IMG/VR virus record: IMGVR_UViG_3300035698_013060
Location: 124,001 to 188,000 of that record
Reading direction: 5' to 3' (one strand)
Length of the DNA stretch: 64,000 bases
Shown: in pieces, positions 28,271 to 39,500 of the stretch
Layout: every line of letters starts with the position of its first letter
How positions within the stretch are numbered: position 1 is the stretch's first letter
The notes under the pieces: model-generated
What the model saw: only the letters and a program-made list of their open reading frames with translations
Told to the model about the DNA's origin: nothing
Databases searched by the model: none
Position numbers and translations under genes: made by a program

Positions 28271-28849
28271 TTACGGGACGTATTCCATGATAACGAGATC
28301 TCCCTTGACGCTCTCTACCAACACCTTGAAAATGTTGGGAATGAGGAAACGTCCAAGATCCTCTTCATCTGGGAGGGTTTTGAAAACTTCTTCTCTTTCA
28401 ACAGAGAGAGTCTCATCCTCTTCACTGAGTCTGTTAACCTTCTCAAGTAAGAGGGTGAGAAGAGGGTCCATCACTTCATAGTGAAGAACCGTAAGTTTGA
28501 AAGCAGTTGCCGCCTCTAGATGTGGGGCACTCTCAACTTTCAACCCTTTCGTCATCATTCTTTCCAGTCTTCCATCAGGATAAGCCTTTAGGGCTTCATC
28601 AGTAATGGGGACCTTGAGACGGAAGACAGGCTGATCGTCACTGATAAATTTTCTGGCCCTGGAATTGAAGAAATCAACGTAAGAAGATTCTTCCACCAGT
28701 CCCACTATCAGGTTCTTGATGTACCCTATCTCGAAAGACTTTGTAAGCTTGTTCCGGAAACTAAGCAGTTTTCGAAGCGCTTTCTCATGCTCTGGAGAGA
28801 ATCTCCCGTCGAGCTTTTTGATGATTCTATCTATTCTTCTATCGGCCAT
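28271..28849 (-). CDS. hypothetical protein (192 aa)
   Basis: AAGGA SD; late promoter upstream. Confidence 0.75.
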   Translation of the reverse strand: MADRRIDRIIKKLDGRFSPEHEKALRKLLSFRNKLTKSFEIGYIKNLIVGLVEESSYVDFFNSRARKFISDDQPVFRLKVPITDEALKAYPDGRLERMMTKGLKVESAPHLEAATAFKLTVLHYEVMDPLLTLLLEKVNRLSEEDETLSVEREEVFKTLPDEEDLGRFLIPNIFKVLVESVKGDLVIMEYVP

Positions 28850-28889
28850 GACCGTTTTTCCTTTTTTCGTTCATGGTGGAGCTGCCACT

Positions 28890-28901
28890 CATTAAGATGT
28901 T
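28890..28901 (-). promoter_or_regulatory. late promoter AACA-TCTTAA-TG
   Basis: strict match. Confidence 0.7.
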
Positions 28902-28933
28902 TCTCTAACGAATACAGAAAGATGGTCGGACCA

Positions 28934-29677
28934 CTAGGTCCAAACAACAGACAAGTCGTTGTCGGATCCAAGGGCATCTGGTTCGATAGCTAATCCTCTT
29001 ATCTGGTGCCCGTCGATCTCATATGGAACCGTAACATGGACATACGACTTCATTCTGATGATTCCTCCGAAGTCCACCCCAATCAAGCCGTCAGCTATGT
29101 CTCGGAAAAGTTGTTCTACACTGACACCGAGGATCCTGAAATCTACAGCTCTGCCAACAACATGCTGACTTGCCATGTGTCCTGAAATAGAACTCACCAC
29201 ATTCTCTTGAGATGAAAGTCCGTTAACGATAACCAGTCTACAACCATTCTCTGCGGGACCGTAGAACTGGACTACTGGTGTAAGGATAGTATCGTATACC
29301 TCTCTGAGTTTCGACACCCTCTCAGGGGTAACTACCATCCTGTCTGCGTTAGATACAAAATGGTTAAGATCGAAACTATCTTCGGGACAAGTTCTATAAG
29401 TACCCTCAGCCGTCCCGATGATAGCGCTGTTTCTGGATTCTTCTTCAATTATCTCTTGAATCTCTAGATCAGTGAGAGGTCTCGATAAATACTCAGCTCT
29501 TTCAGCGACAGCCGCCTTGACAGCCTTCTGAATGTCGGCGTCTGGTCCTCCGTCTGCAGGAGATCCTAATTCAACCATAGCTTTCTCAGCAAGTTCTACT
29601 GATTCGTTGATACTGACCACATCTGGGCCTGAAGTATGAACGAAGTCCTCTTCTCTCAAGTACGTTCCACTGGTCAT
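28934..29677 (-). CDS. peptidase M15 (LAS) family peptidoglycan peptidase
   Basis: F.L..F..S, SQH..G.AVDF, YVHV. Confidence 0.8.
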   Translation of the reverse strand: MTSGTYLREEDFVHTSGPDVVSINESVELAEKAMVELGSPADGGPDADIQKAVKAAVAERAEYLSRPLTDLEIQEIIEEESRNSAIIGTAEGTYRTCPEDSFDLNHFVSNADRMVVTPERVSKLREVYDTILTPVVQFYGPAENGCRLVIVNGLSSQENVVSSISGHMASQHVVGRAVDFRILGVSVEQLFRDIADGLIGVDFGGIIRMKSYVHVTVPYEIDGHQIRGLAIEPDALGSDNDLSVVWT

Positions 29678-29940
29678 AGTATAATCCTCCCCTTCAACCC
29701 GCCGGACGACGTATAGTTCCGAGACGTCAGCCCTTCAGCATCAAAGGCAAAGTACTTGATGAGGAGTTTTCTCTTAAGAAAGGTTACTCTGTCGACAGTC
29801 TTGATGGCGGTACCTTCAGGAGTAAAGGACTCCCCGGACATCTTGTCCACAGCCTCTCTAAGATCTCCAAAATGTCCCTCTAGTAGACCTGAGAGTCTCT
29901 TAATCAAAGCAGGTATCTTGGTTACTTCTTCGATAGCCAT
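29674..29940 (-). CDS. hypothetical protein (88 aa)
   Basis: tight operon packing. Confidence 0.65.
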   Translation of the reverse strand: MAIEEVTKIPALIKRLSGLLEGHFGDLREAVDKMSGESFTPEGTAIKTVDRVTFLKRKLLIKYFAFDAEGLTSRNYTSSGGLKGRIIL

Positions 29941-29942
29941 GT

Positions 29943-30935
29943 TCAGATCCTGATTACCCTGAACTTCCCGAGGACATTAGTAGTCCTGAGAAAGTTGACG
30001 GCGTTGGTTTCAGATACCACGAAGGACTCACTCTCGAAGCTATCTTCTAGTCCACCCTCTCTAGTTTCAACAATCTCAGAGACGTACTTACTCCTAATAC
30101 GTCTCGTCGTTAGTTCAGTACGACTATACCCCCACTCCACAAAATACCTATCACCATCTCCCCATGTCACAGGAAGTATGAGGTCGATCACGGAATCTTC
30201 AGTGACGTACTTACCACCCATGAATGAAGGAGTAAATACCCATTTCTCATCCGGATATTTGGGAGGAGTTATCTCAGGTTCCCATTCATCAGTAGTAACT
30301 GTGAATAGATCTTCATAAGTATCATCTGCTTCAAGAAAGTAGAATAGGTCCACTCTACCAACGGCTTCCTCTGAGGCAGTCCAATCCACATACGCTAAAG
30401 GCTCTCCTTCGGCACGAGCCATGGCATCTGCTACTCCCTCGACAGAGGTGGCAGCTGGAACGTAGTGATTAGGTACCGGAGGTGAGTAGGTACTTATAGC
30501 AGTCTCCCACATCTCCCGAAGTATCTTCTGATTTCTAGTCTCTATTTCCTGAGAGATGGATAGCTTGGTGCGGAAGGGCTTTAGTGAAGTAGTGATCTTA
30601 TCAGGATATTCACGAAAAGTTCCAGCAGCTAGATTGGTTAGAATCTCTGTCAAAGGTCTCTTGTTTTCCAATTCACCAAGAGCTACGAACCTGAATAGTC
30701 CCAATGACTTGTCCCTGGAAAGAGCTTGGAGTTCTCCTACATACTTTAGTCCAAGAATCTCAGCTGCCTCTTCTATTCTTCCACCCGTCGTTACTTCTCC
30801 CGTCCCCTCTTCAGGGAGAAGTAGAGCATTGACCGCATCGAACGCGATCTTATGGGCGGCGACCCTTGTGGAATCGACGCCCCTGGACAGCCTCTCCAAG
30901 GAAAGGCCATCTACGGTGAAATCTCTGACGGGCAT
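29943..30935 (-). CDS. hypothetical protein, probably virion-associated (330 aa)
   Basis: AAGGA SD; operon context. Confidence 0.7.
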   Translation of the reverse strand: MPVRDFTVDGLSLERLSRGVDSTRVAAHKIAFDAVNALLLPEEGTGEVTTGGRIEEAAEILGLKYVGELQALSRDKSLGLFRFVALGELENKRPLTEILTNLAAGTFREYPDKITTSLKPFRTKLSISQEIETRNQKILREMWETAISTYSPPVPNHYVPAATSVEGVADAMARAEGEPLAYVDWTASEEAVGRVDLFYFLEADDTYEDLFTVTTDEWEPEITPPKYPDEKWVFTPSFMGGKYVTEDSVIDLILPVTWGDGDRYFVEWGYSRTELTTRRIRSKYVSEIVETREGGLEDSFESESFVVSETNAVNFLRTTNVLGKFRVIRI

Positions 30936-30944
30936 GTCTATTCC

Positions 30945-31340
30945 TTACTTGAAATCCAACTGTTCTTTTACTAGCCCCTTTTTCAGGCCAGCAACTATAG
31001 CGGCTTTCTTGCCCTTCGCATCTGCGATCTGGTACAGACGGAATTCATCTGTGAAGACAACGAACTCCTCACCACTATCATCCTTCCGGAGGACAAAGTA
31101 GTAAGGAACTTCCTTACTGTCCGGATCTTCAGTGCACTCTTTGAAAAACTCTGCGACTGTCTCGGTGGTGACAGCCTTTTTCGTTGCAACCACAGCTATC
31201 CACGGATCATCATCATCGAGATCTTCAGTGACCTTCAAGTCAAACTTCTTCTTAGCTTTTTCAGGAGAGGAAAAGCAGCCGAGAACAGCTCCAAAGATAT
31301 GGTACTTGACGGGTTCTTCAGCTTTTTCGTAGAAGATCAT
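30945..31340 (-). CDS. hypothetical protein with MIFYE leader
   Basis: AGGA SD. Confidence 0.75.
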   Translation of the reverse strand: MIFYEKAEEPVKYHIFGAVLGCFSSPEKAKKKFDLKVTEDLDDDDPWIAVVATKKAVTTETVAEFFKECTEDPDSKEVPYYFVLRKDDSGEEFVVFTDEFRLYQIADAKGKKAAIVAGLKKGLVKEQLDFK

Positions 31341-31349
31341 GTCTGTTTC

Positions 31350-31889
31350 CTATATGTCCAGTCTGTCCTGTCGGTACTCCATGTAAACCTCTACTCGGGG
31401 CTTTTGGCTGTAAAACTTCTCACAACTCTCAAGAGTACACTGGTTGTCATCAACCCAGACCACCCCTTTCATCGCATCCAGTATGGACTTGACGTAGTTG
31501 TCGGTATCGGGGGTCTTCTCTGGTTGGAGATGACCTCTCTCCATGAGAACAAGTCTCGATCTAGCTGTGCCTTTCGGTGGCATCTTGAAGACCTCAGCCC
31601 ATACCCTGATCTGTCCCTGGATTGGTATGTAGTCCTCCGGGAGCTCTCTCCTGAGATAGTTCTGGAGTCCAGTCTGCCACTTTTCCAAGTCCTTGTCAAC
31701 GTACTTCCATCTAGCCCCATCCTTGTGCCTTTTGTACTGGACACACGGTCCAATGAGGACAAAGTCAAACGAGAACCAAGGGTTGTTCTCCTCCCAGTCG
31801 GTCCACATCTTGTCAGCCCGCGCCACGTCCTTATGATCGAACGTTGCCAGGACGGTTTTTCTTATAGCCGCGCCCTGTTCTGTCAACAT
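31350..31889 (-). CDS. rusA: RusA-family Holliday junction resolvase
   Basis: KTPDTDNYVKSILDAM..V.W.DDNQ, K.Y...PRVEV. Confidence 0.9.
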   Translation of the reverse strand: MLTEQGAAIRKTVLATFDHKDVARADKMWTDWEENNPWFSFDFVLIGPCVQYKRHKDGARWKYVDKDLEKWQTGLQNYLRRELPEDYIPIQGQIRVWAEVFKMPPKGTARSRLVLMERGHLQPEKTPDTDNYVKSILDAMKGVVWVDDNQCTLESCEKFYSQKPRVEVYMEYRQDRLDI

Positions 31890-31893
31890 TAGC

Positions 31894-32106
31894 TTACTCC
31901 TCGTTATCGTCAGTTTCTTCCTTCCGAGTCATCATTGTGCCGCACTTCGGACACTTCTTATCGGTACAGGGTTCTGTCCTATCGTGGTCCTCTGTATGAC
32001 CACACTTCGGACAAACACAAGTTCCACCAGGTCCAGCTGCGGCTTTTCCACCCATCCGACCACGACCCTTGGCCTCTTCAATGATGTCACTGTTGTAGAA
32101 TAACAT
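31894..32106 (-). CDS. small Zn-ribbon protein (GRGRMGG..AGPGG.CVCP.CG...PC...CPKCG) with MLFY leader
   Basis: AAGGAG SD; two CPKCG motifs. Confidence 0.8.
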   Translation of the reverse strand: MLFYNSDIIEEAKGRGRMGGKAAAGPGGTCVCPKCGHTEDHDRTEPCTDKKCPKCGTMMTRKEETDDNEE

Positions 32107-32118
32107 TACGTCTCTCCT

Positions 32119-33483
32119 TTAAAATATCCTATCTGCGATGTGTTCGACGACGTCCTTAGCACTGGTCACAGCAGAATCTGCCGCTCCAGTAAAAAGCGAG
32201 ACTTTGCCCATGATGGTTGCCCTGAGAGAGTCAGCGATATGTGCTTCCATCACATTAAGCCCGCACATGTTGTCCAGGAACGTCGAGAGTCCGATGTTCT
32301 GGCGAAGTAGGGCTTGGTTGGTGGCCACAGCCATGGACGGATACATGTCGGTTACAGTGGCCGTTACATCGATAACTCGGGGTAGTCCATTCGCCGCCCA
32401 ACTATTACTAGCTCCACCCCTAACAAAGCTAAAGCTGGTAAACATCCCCATGTCACAGCTCATTAAACCTGGAGAGTCCAGACGCACCAGCATTGGGGCC
32501 TTGAATGAATCAGGCTTGACCTGCCTGGGGAGAGCGAACGTCAGAAGCATCAAGAACGGGAGGTACACGAATTCGAAGATGGATTGAGGGTCTCCATACG
32601 GAGTCTCGAACTTGAAGCTCAGGTTATAGCTCTTCTCGAACTGAGAGCTCTTCCACATCTTCGGATAGATGATCTGCTCACCTTTCGAAGCCGCATCTTT
32701 CATCGTAGCATTAAGGCCAGTGATTACAGCTCCGATATCTTGAGAGGCGGCAGCAGCGGCTCCCATAGCACTCTGAGCCCTCTGAGCCATCGCTACTGCG
32801 CTGGCTCCAAAGTTACTTCCACCTTGTTCCAGTTCTCCAGTAGATCTTCTGAAGGCGAATCCTCGACTAAATGCCACTTCACGGGCTTTAGCTTGGATCT
32901 CTTTGGTAGACTGTGCCAACGAAGATTCGCTGACTTCATTACTGGCTGATTCCGACACAGTAGTAGCAGCTTCACAAAAGAAGTGAAGTCCATCGTTATG
33001 CCAGTTAGTCGTATCCAGAAAGGCCTCGATGTTATGTCCGAGAGAAAATCCAGCCAGTTTGGCTCCAATTTCGTTCAGGAGAACGTTGATGATTCGGCGG
33101 TACTCTGAAAAGTCCACATCAAAAGAATAGAACCTAACATCTCTCTCTTCATATTCCTTGTCGATTTTACCAGAATCCTCATCCTTGTAATAATCGACAT
33201 TCATTTTCGGAACCGGTTGTCCGTCATTCCCAAATGAACCTGTTTTCCAAAGACCGTCCATGTCACCATTAGGCTCGTTGCGAATCAGCTCCATCAAGGC
33301 TTTATACTTGGCATCCCTGATCGTTCCATCGTTAAAGCCAGGTCTTCCTGGGATGATATTGATTATGTTAGCGTTCTGGATAAACGTCTTGGCAAATACC
33401 CGGTAGTTGGGATCCGTAACTTGGGTGAATCCCAAGGGGAGCCCAACTATCGACCTATTAAGCCTCATTGGTGTCGTAGCCAT
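32119..33483 (-). CDS. baseplate/tube initiator protein (gp48-like)
   Basis: follows the tape measure gene; IIYPK.W..S.F..SY...FKF..PYGD, ALPRQ. Confidence 0.65.
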   Translation of the reverse strand: MATTPMRLNRSIVGLPLGFTQVTDPNYRVFAKTFIQNANIINIIPGRPGFNDGTIRDAKYKALMELIRNEPNGDMDGLWKTGSFGNDGQPVPKMNVDYYKDEDSGKIDKEYEERDVRFYSFDVDFSEYRRIINVLLNEIGAKLAGFSLGHNIEAFLDTTNWHNDGLHFFCEAATTVSESASNEVSESSLAQSTKEIQAKAREVAFSRGFAFRRSTGELEQGGSNFGASAVAMAQRAQSAMGAAAAASQDIGAVITGLNATMKDAASKGEQIIYPKMWKSSQFEKSYNLSFKFETPYGDPQSIFEFVYLPFLMLLTFALPRQVKPDSFKAPMLVRLDSPGLMSCDMGMFTSFSFVRGGASNSWAANGLPRVIDVTATVTDMYPSMAVATNQALLRQNIGLSTFLDNMCGLNVMEAHIADSLRATIMGKVSLFTGAADSAVTSAKDVVEHIADRIF

Positions 33484-33538
33484 GGAGTACTCTCCGGTTC
33501 GTTTCTTCTTTCGTCAATCCTAAGTTGGCCTAACCGGA

Positions 33539-36500
33539 TCATCCTTTCGCGATTCTGAGTATGGTCCCAGGAACTGCGAGGGAAGCGTTAGCTGTTTTAT
33601 CCCGACCTTCAGCATCTGATTGGCCCGGACCTTGTCCTCCGACAAACATATTGGGTCCAGACGACATAGAGCTATCTGTACTTCTCTTTTCACTCCCAGC
33701 CTCTGAGCTAGTTACCTTCAGGTTAACCGGGATTCCACTCTCGATGTTATCTGCCGTCCTATTGGTGTTGCTGGCGATAGCTTCAAGGAGTGTCAGCATC
33801 TTACTCTGATCGCCAACTATTGAGCTAGCGAGCATCTTAGTCTTGATGTCTTCCTTACGACTGAACATTTCTCTCGGAGACATCTCTACCGTTGGCCTGT
33901 TTGCCGTCGTCGGCATTTTAACAACCGAGACAGGAGTGGCTGTCGGAGAACGCTTCGGGATAGGTCCACCAGATGTACTAAGCTTCGATGACCCTAACAA
34001 CATATCCGGTTTTATCATACCCGGAGTCTTGTCCATGACAGGCTCGATCTCAGAGGCCTCTTCAGGACTCTCTGGCATACCCATCTTCCCAAAACCAGAC
34101 TGCATCTTGTTCCACTTAGCGTCCTTTTCAGCCTTGTGTTTCCTAAAGGTCTCTTCATCGACTGAAACGCCGTTGATTATGAAGGTTTTGCTGACCCTGC
34201 GCTTAACTCCATTTTCTGAAAGACCTCTGGTCTCAGGTTTAGCAACTGACTCAGAAGCACCTGTCGCCTGTTCATCGCTCTTCGGACCTGATCCCTTGAG
34301 CCTAGCAACGGACTCATTGAAGGCGGCAGTATCTTCTTCTCCGCCCTCTTCTTTACCAAACAGCTTGTTCCAGATGCCCTTGATAGCATTCTTAATTGCA
34401 TCCTTCAACATGCCGGGGATTTTAATGAAGAAGTCTTTGATCTTGCCCATGAACCCAAAGAACTTCTCCTTGATGTTAGCAACGAAGTCCTTGCCCATAT
34501 TCCAGATAGCTTTACCCCAGTCCTTGAATGCCCCGAGAATCTCTCCAGGAGCCTTGGCTATATTGCTGACCAGATTTTTTCCTGAGTCGAGTAGACCCTT
34601 TCCAAAACCTTTGATGAAAGCCCCAGCTGCAGCAGACTTCTGTTTGGTCATGTCCCAGGCTTTGCCGACAGCTTCCTTAGACTTGGTAAGTGCGGCCGAA
34701 GCCTTGTCCTTGATCTTATCGATCCCAGTCTTGTCATCTTCACGCTCTTCCTTATCGATCGTCTTACCAGCAGCCTTGGCTATGAGGTCGATCCTTCTCT
34801 TAGAGTAACTACTGATCTTCGAAGACTGTTGCAAGAGCCTGAGCTTATCCGGAGGAAGCTTACCGATGGCATCCCAATCCAAGACTTTCCACTTGCCCCA
34901 CCCGAAGGTATTCTTGAGTACTCCGACTTTCTCCAGTCCAACAGCAAGAGCATCACCCTCTTCTTCACTCTTAGAACCAGTAAGCCAACCATAAAGTTCA
35001 GAAATACCGTAAGTTGGTATTGCAGCACTACCAACGATACGAATAGCTTTGAAATCATCGGACTCTTTATCCTTGGCATCTTTATCGGCCTTTATAGCCT
35101 CTTTGGACTTGTCTTCTTCTTCCTTCTCTACGGTGCCCTTGGATTTGGCGATAGCTGCCATTTTCTCTTTGGTGGCCTTACCAAACTTACTCGACTTCGA
35201 GAGGAGATCTAGTTTATCTCCAGGTAGATTGCCGATAGCGTCCCAATCAGTGACTTTCCACTTTCCCCACCCAAGCGGATCTTTAACGACCCCTTCAGTA
35301 GTCAGAGCCTTAGCTAGTGCATCAGCTTCCCTGGTTTCCTTACCTCTGAAAAGCCACTTACCTATACTCGGAACTATCGACATAATGGATTTCCCAGCCA
35401 TCCATGCCAGCTTGAGACCAGCAATCGGGCTAAAGACTGCCTTGGCGAGCTTTTTACCGATACTTTCCTCTTCATCGAGGATAGCTTGTTCTCTCTCTTC
35501 TTCTTTGACAAATTCCCCAAACCCACGCTTCTTAGCGATATCTTTGAACTTATCTTTAGTCCTACCACTGAATAGGTTCGACCTAGTAAGCTCCATCAGA
35601 TTCGCTGGAGGCATCATCGCTACTGAATCCCAGTCCATGACCTTGTATTTGCCTGGGCCGAACGGATCTCTAACGACACCGCGTTCTTTCAGAGCTAGTA
35701 CAAGTGTATTGGCCTTGATCACTGATTCATCTGGAGCCATCACGAGTTTCCGAGCCTGCATTATCCCGCCGATTCCAGCGCCGACAGCAGCTCCTGCGGC
35801 AGTACCGGCTCCAGGGATGATCGATCCCAAAGTAGCACCGATCATAGCTCCTCGACCAGTAGATCCGACCATTCCAGCAGCCGCTTCACCAACCCCACCC
35901 TCTTTAGTACGAAAAACCTTTGCCAGAGTGCCTCTCTTCTTAGCACTCCCAGTCAACATTCCAGATATCATCCCCTCAACTTCACCAACTCCAGCTTCTT
36001 CAGAACCCCTGTGTCCTGTGAATCCACCTCTGGCGAGTTCTACACCAGCAAGAATCGCAGACAGAGCAGCTCCACCGCCAACCTTAGTGAGACCCTTACC
36101 CATGGTCTTAATGCCACCCTTACCAAACATCTTAAGTAGAGCACGCTCACCAGCCCGTTTGGCTCCATACTTCATTATACTTCGGCCTGCTCGCCAAACA
36201 GCTTTCCCCTTCCGACCAATGTTCCTGATTCTTCCACCTTTCCTCTGAGCTGGAACGCCAACGGTATCTAATACATCATCGTCAGCATCATCGTCAGCGG
36301 CAGTCATTCCCCCTATAGCTGCAGTGTCAGCTAAGTCTCCACTATCAGTAACATCTCTCTCTTCCTTGACCTTATCACGACGTTTAGCAACTCTAGCTGC
36401 CCTTGCAGCTTTTCTGTCCTTGAGCTTGGCGTCCATCCTAGTACTATCACGATCTCTGTCAGCCTCTTCAGCAATAGCCTTTCTCTCACTAGACTCTGCC

Positions 36501-39500
36501 TTTTGGTCCATAGTCTCGTCTTTTTCGTCAGCTGCTCGCTCTGTATCAGCCGTCCTGGTAACTAACGTTACTGATCTGACGATCTCAACCTGTTGGACTG
36601 AAGTAGCTTCTGCTTTTGTCGGGGTAGAAGTCTCTCTTGGAGAAGGATTGGTCATAGACGCAGAACCGCCAAACACGGCGCTAGCTCCTTCAGAGATCGC
36701 AGATGCAGTTCCTCTGACAGCCCTTCCTATGAAACCTCCGATTCTTCCCAAGACCCCCGGACCACTAGAACCAGCTGAGACTTCATCTTCACTCAAATCT
36801 CCCAAGCCAGGTCCTTCAACTCCGTACATCGGAATGGCTACTGAACCTATAATCTTAACCAGCTGGACTTTACCCCCGCTAGCAAGACCGCTTACAGCAT
36901 CAGCTCCTATTCCAAAGATACTACCAATACCTCGACCGAGGGCTTTGACACCATCCCAGAGTCCGTTAACGACCTTAGTCACACCGCTCCATAGGGCTGG
37001 AATGACATCATCCTTCAAAGCACCCCATAGACCTGTAGTAACAGCCTTTACACCATTCCAGAGTTCCGGAACTATAGCTTGGGCTGCACTCCACATCGTC
37101 TTAGTAACAGACACACCAGCATCCCAGAGACCCTTAGCGGCTATTTCAGCACCCTTCCAAAGAGTCTTCGTTATGGCAGTGACACCTTTCCATAGCTCAG
37201 GTACTACAGTTTGGACAGCCTTCCAAGCTTCTCCCGTCACCGTCTTGGTGACGTCCCATACTTCTGTCGCGATGGCCTTGACCCCTTCCCAAATATCCTG
37301 AGCTCTGTCCTTGATCCATGAGAATGAATCAGTAACGATGTCTTTAATCTTGTTCATCAGACGCTTCGGAGCATCCAGGACAGCCTGAATTCCATCCTTG
37401 AGCTTTCGTCCAATATCCTTGAACGGAGAAGTCAGCTTATCGAACATTCGACCGAAGAAGCCCCGATGCTTCCCAAGGGCACTCTCATCGACTTCATCCT
37501 TGTCAATGCCAAGCTTCTTAACGAGCCTAGCGAGATTCTTTCCAGTACCTGACAAGTGATCCTTCATGAAGTTGAGCATATCTTTGGTGTGACGCTCAGT
37601 CTCCACCATAGAACCAAAACCTTGAGCAGGACTTGCAGTTGTTCCGGATGCAGAAGCTGAAGTAGCACTTGCAAGAGCCGGAGCTTGAGCAGCAGGAGAA
37701 GCTTTAAGAGATGCTTCCTTTCTAGCTTGTCTAGCATCAGCTTTTTCTTTGAGTTTGATATCCAAATCTGCATCTCTAGTGGCTCTCGATGTCCTACGCC
37801 TCTCATCTCTATCCACTCTAGAAGTGCGACGATCTCTAGCAGCAGCATCTCTTTCAGTTATCCTAGCAGCAGCTATCGAAGCTCGCTCCTTAGACTGGGA
37901 ATCAATACCCGTCTTTTCTACAGTGGAAGTAGTGCTAGTATCTTGTTTTTCTGTCGGGATGGGTGGAGGCTTGGCGGATTCAGTAGCAGTAACTTCAGCA
38001 GTAGGTTCGTTTACTGTTCCATCCTTAGAAGTGACTTTTCCAGCCAACTTATCAGGAACACCCATACGCTTCTGCCATTCAGATTGAGCTTCTTCCGTTC
38101 TAGTTTCCGTCAGCTTAGGAGCAGCCTTCTCAGTTGAGGTACCACCGACTCCCATATGCTTCTGCCATGCTGTCTGAGTTTCCGTCCCTTCAGGTTTAAG
38201 AGACGTAGCAGCTCTAGCAGCAGCACCCTTTCTAGCGGCCTGTTTCTCTCTAAGGGCTGCAGCCTTCTCTTGTAAGAAGGAAACCCCCCTCTTCATTATT
38301 CCTCCAAGCCCTTTACCAAGCCAGTCCCGGAAGCTTTTTATATGGGCCCCGAAAGGCTCTAGGAAGTTCTCTTTGATCATCTCTCCGAACGGCTTACCGA
38401 AACTAGTTTCGAACATGGTACCCATGAACTCACTAACGGCACTCATCCCTTCCTTGATACCGTTTTTCACGATATCTGTCAGAGAGTTGAATCCTGCCTT
38501 CATCTCCTCCATGAATGGGTCAAAGACCCCCTTCATCGGATCAATGACGTTCTTACGAGTCCAGTCGGCGGTAGCTGTCCATGTCTCTGTAAAGAAAGTC
38601 CTGGCGGGATCTATGATATTCTCACCTACCCAGACGTTCAGAGCATCGAATTTTCCACCCTCACCGAATAGACCACCATCACCAGTCTTTTCGTTACCGA
38701 AGAGGTAATCAGTGGCCTTGGTGTAAATGGCTGTGATCTTTCCTTCTTCACCAAAGAGGTAATCTTGGACCTTCTGACTTCCAAGAGCATAACCGGCCCC
38801 GGCTCCAATGATCATGCCGACCGGACCAAATCCAGCCAGACTTGCACCGATACCGCCCAGGCCTGCGCCCCACAATTCTCCCTCATGATCCTTCATCCAG
38901 ATCTTAGCTTTACCAATAACTCCAGGATCACCTTCTTCGTCTGGATTACCGAAGAGCCAATTCTGGACTTTGTCAGTCTGTAAGGCATAGCCCGCACCAG
39001 CCCCGACAATCATACCAACAGGACCACCGAACATATACCCGGCAGTACCGCCGCCAAGCATTTTAGCGTTACCTTGAACCCAGTCTCCAGCCTTCTTGAT
39101 AATCCCTGGATCTCCATCATCACCCTCTTTACCGAACAGCCAGTTCTTAACCTTGTCAGTAGTCAAGGCATAGCCCGCACCAGCTCCAACGATCATGCCA
39201 ATGGGACCTCCGATGATACCAAGAGAAGCACCTCCACCAAAGGTAGCAGCTACTTTACCCATGTGCGGTTGGGCTTTCTTCCAAAACTTGTTAAGAGCCC
39301 CTTCCTTCCCAAAGAGAGACTCTCTAACGTTAGTCAGAGCTGTACCAGTTTGTTTCAAAGCTCTTGAGGCGAAGTTACTAACTGGATCTAGGACTTTGTC
39401 CTTCATCCAAGCTTTAATACCCCCACCTTCTTTGTCACCAGACCACAGTTCACTGAGTCCTTTACTAACGCCTTCGAAACTTCTTTGTGCGAAACCCTTG

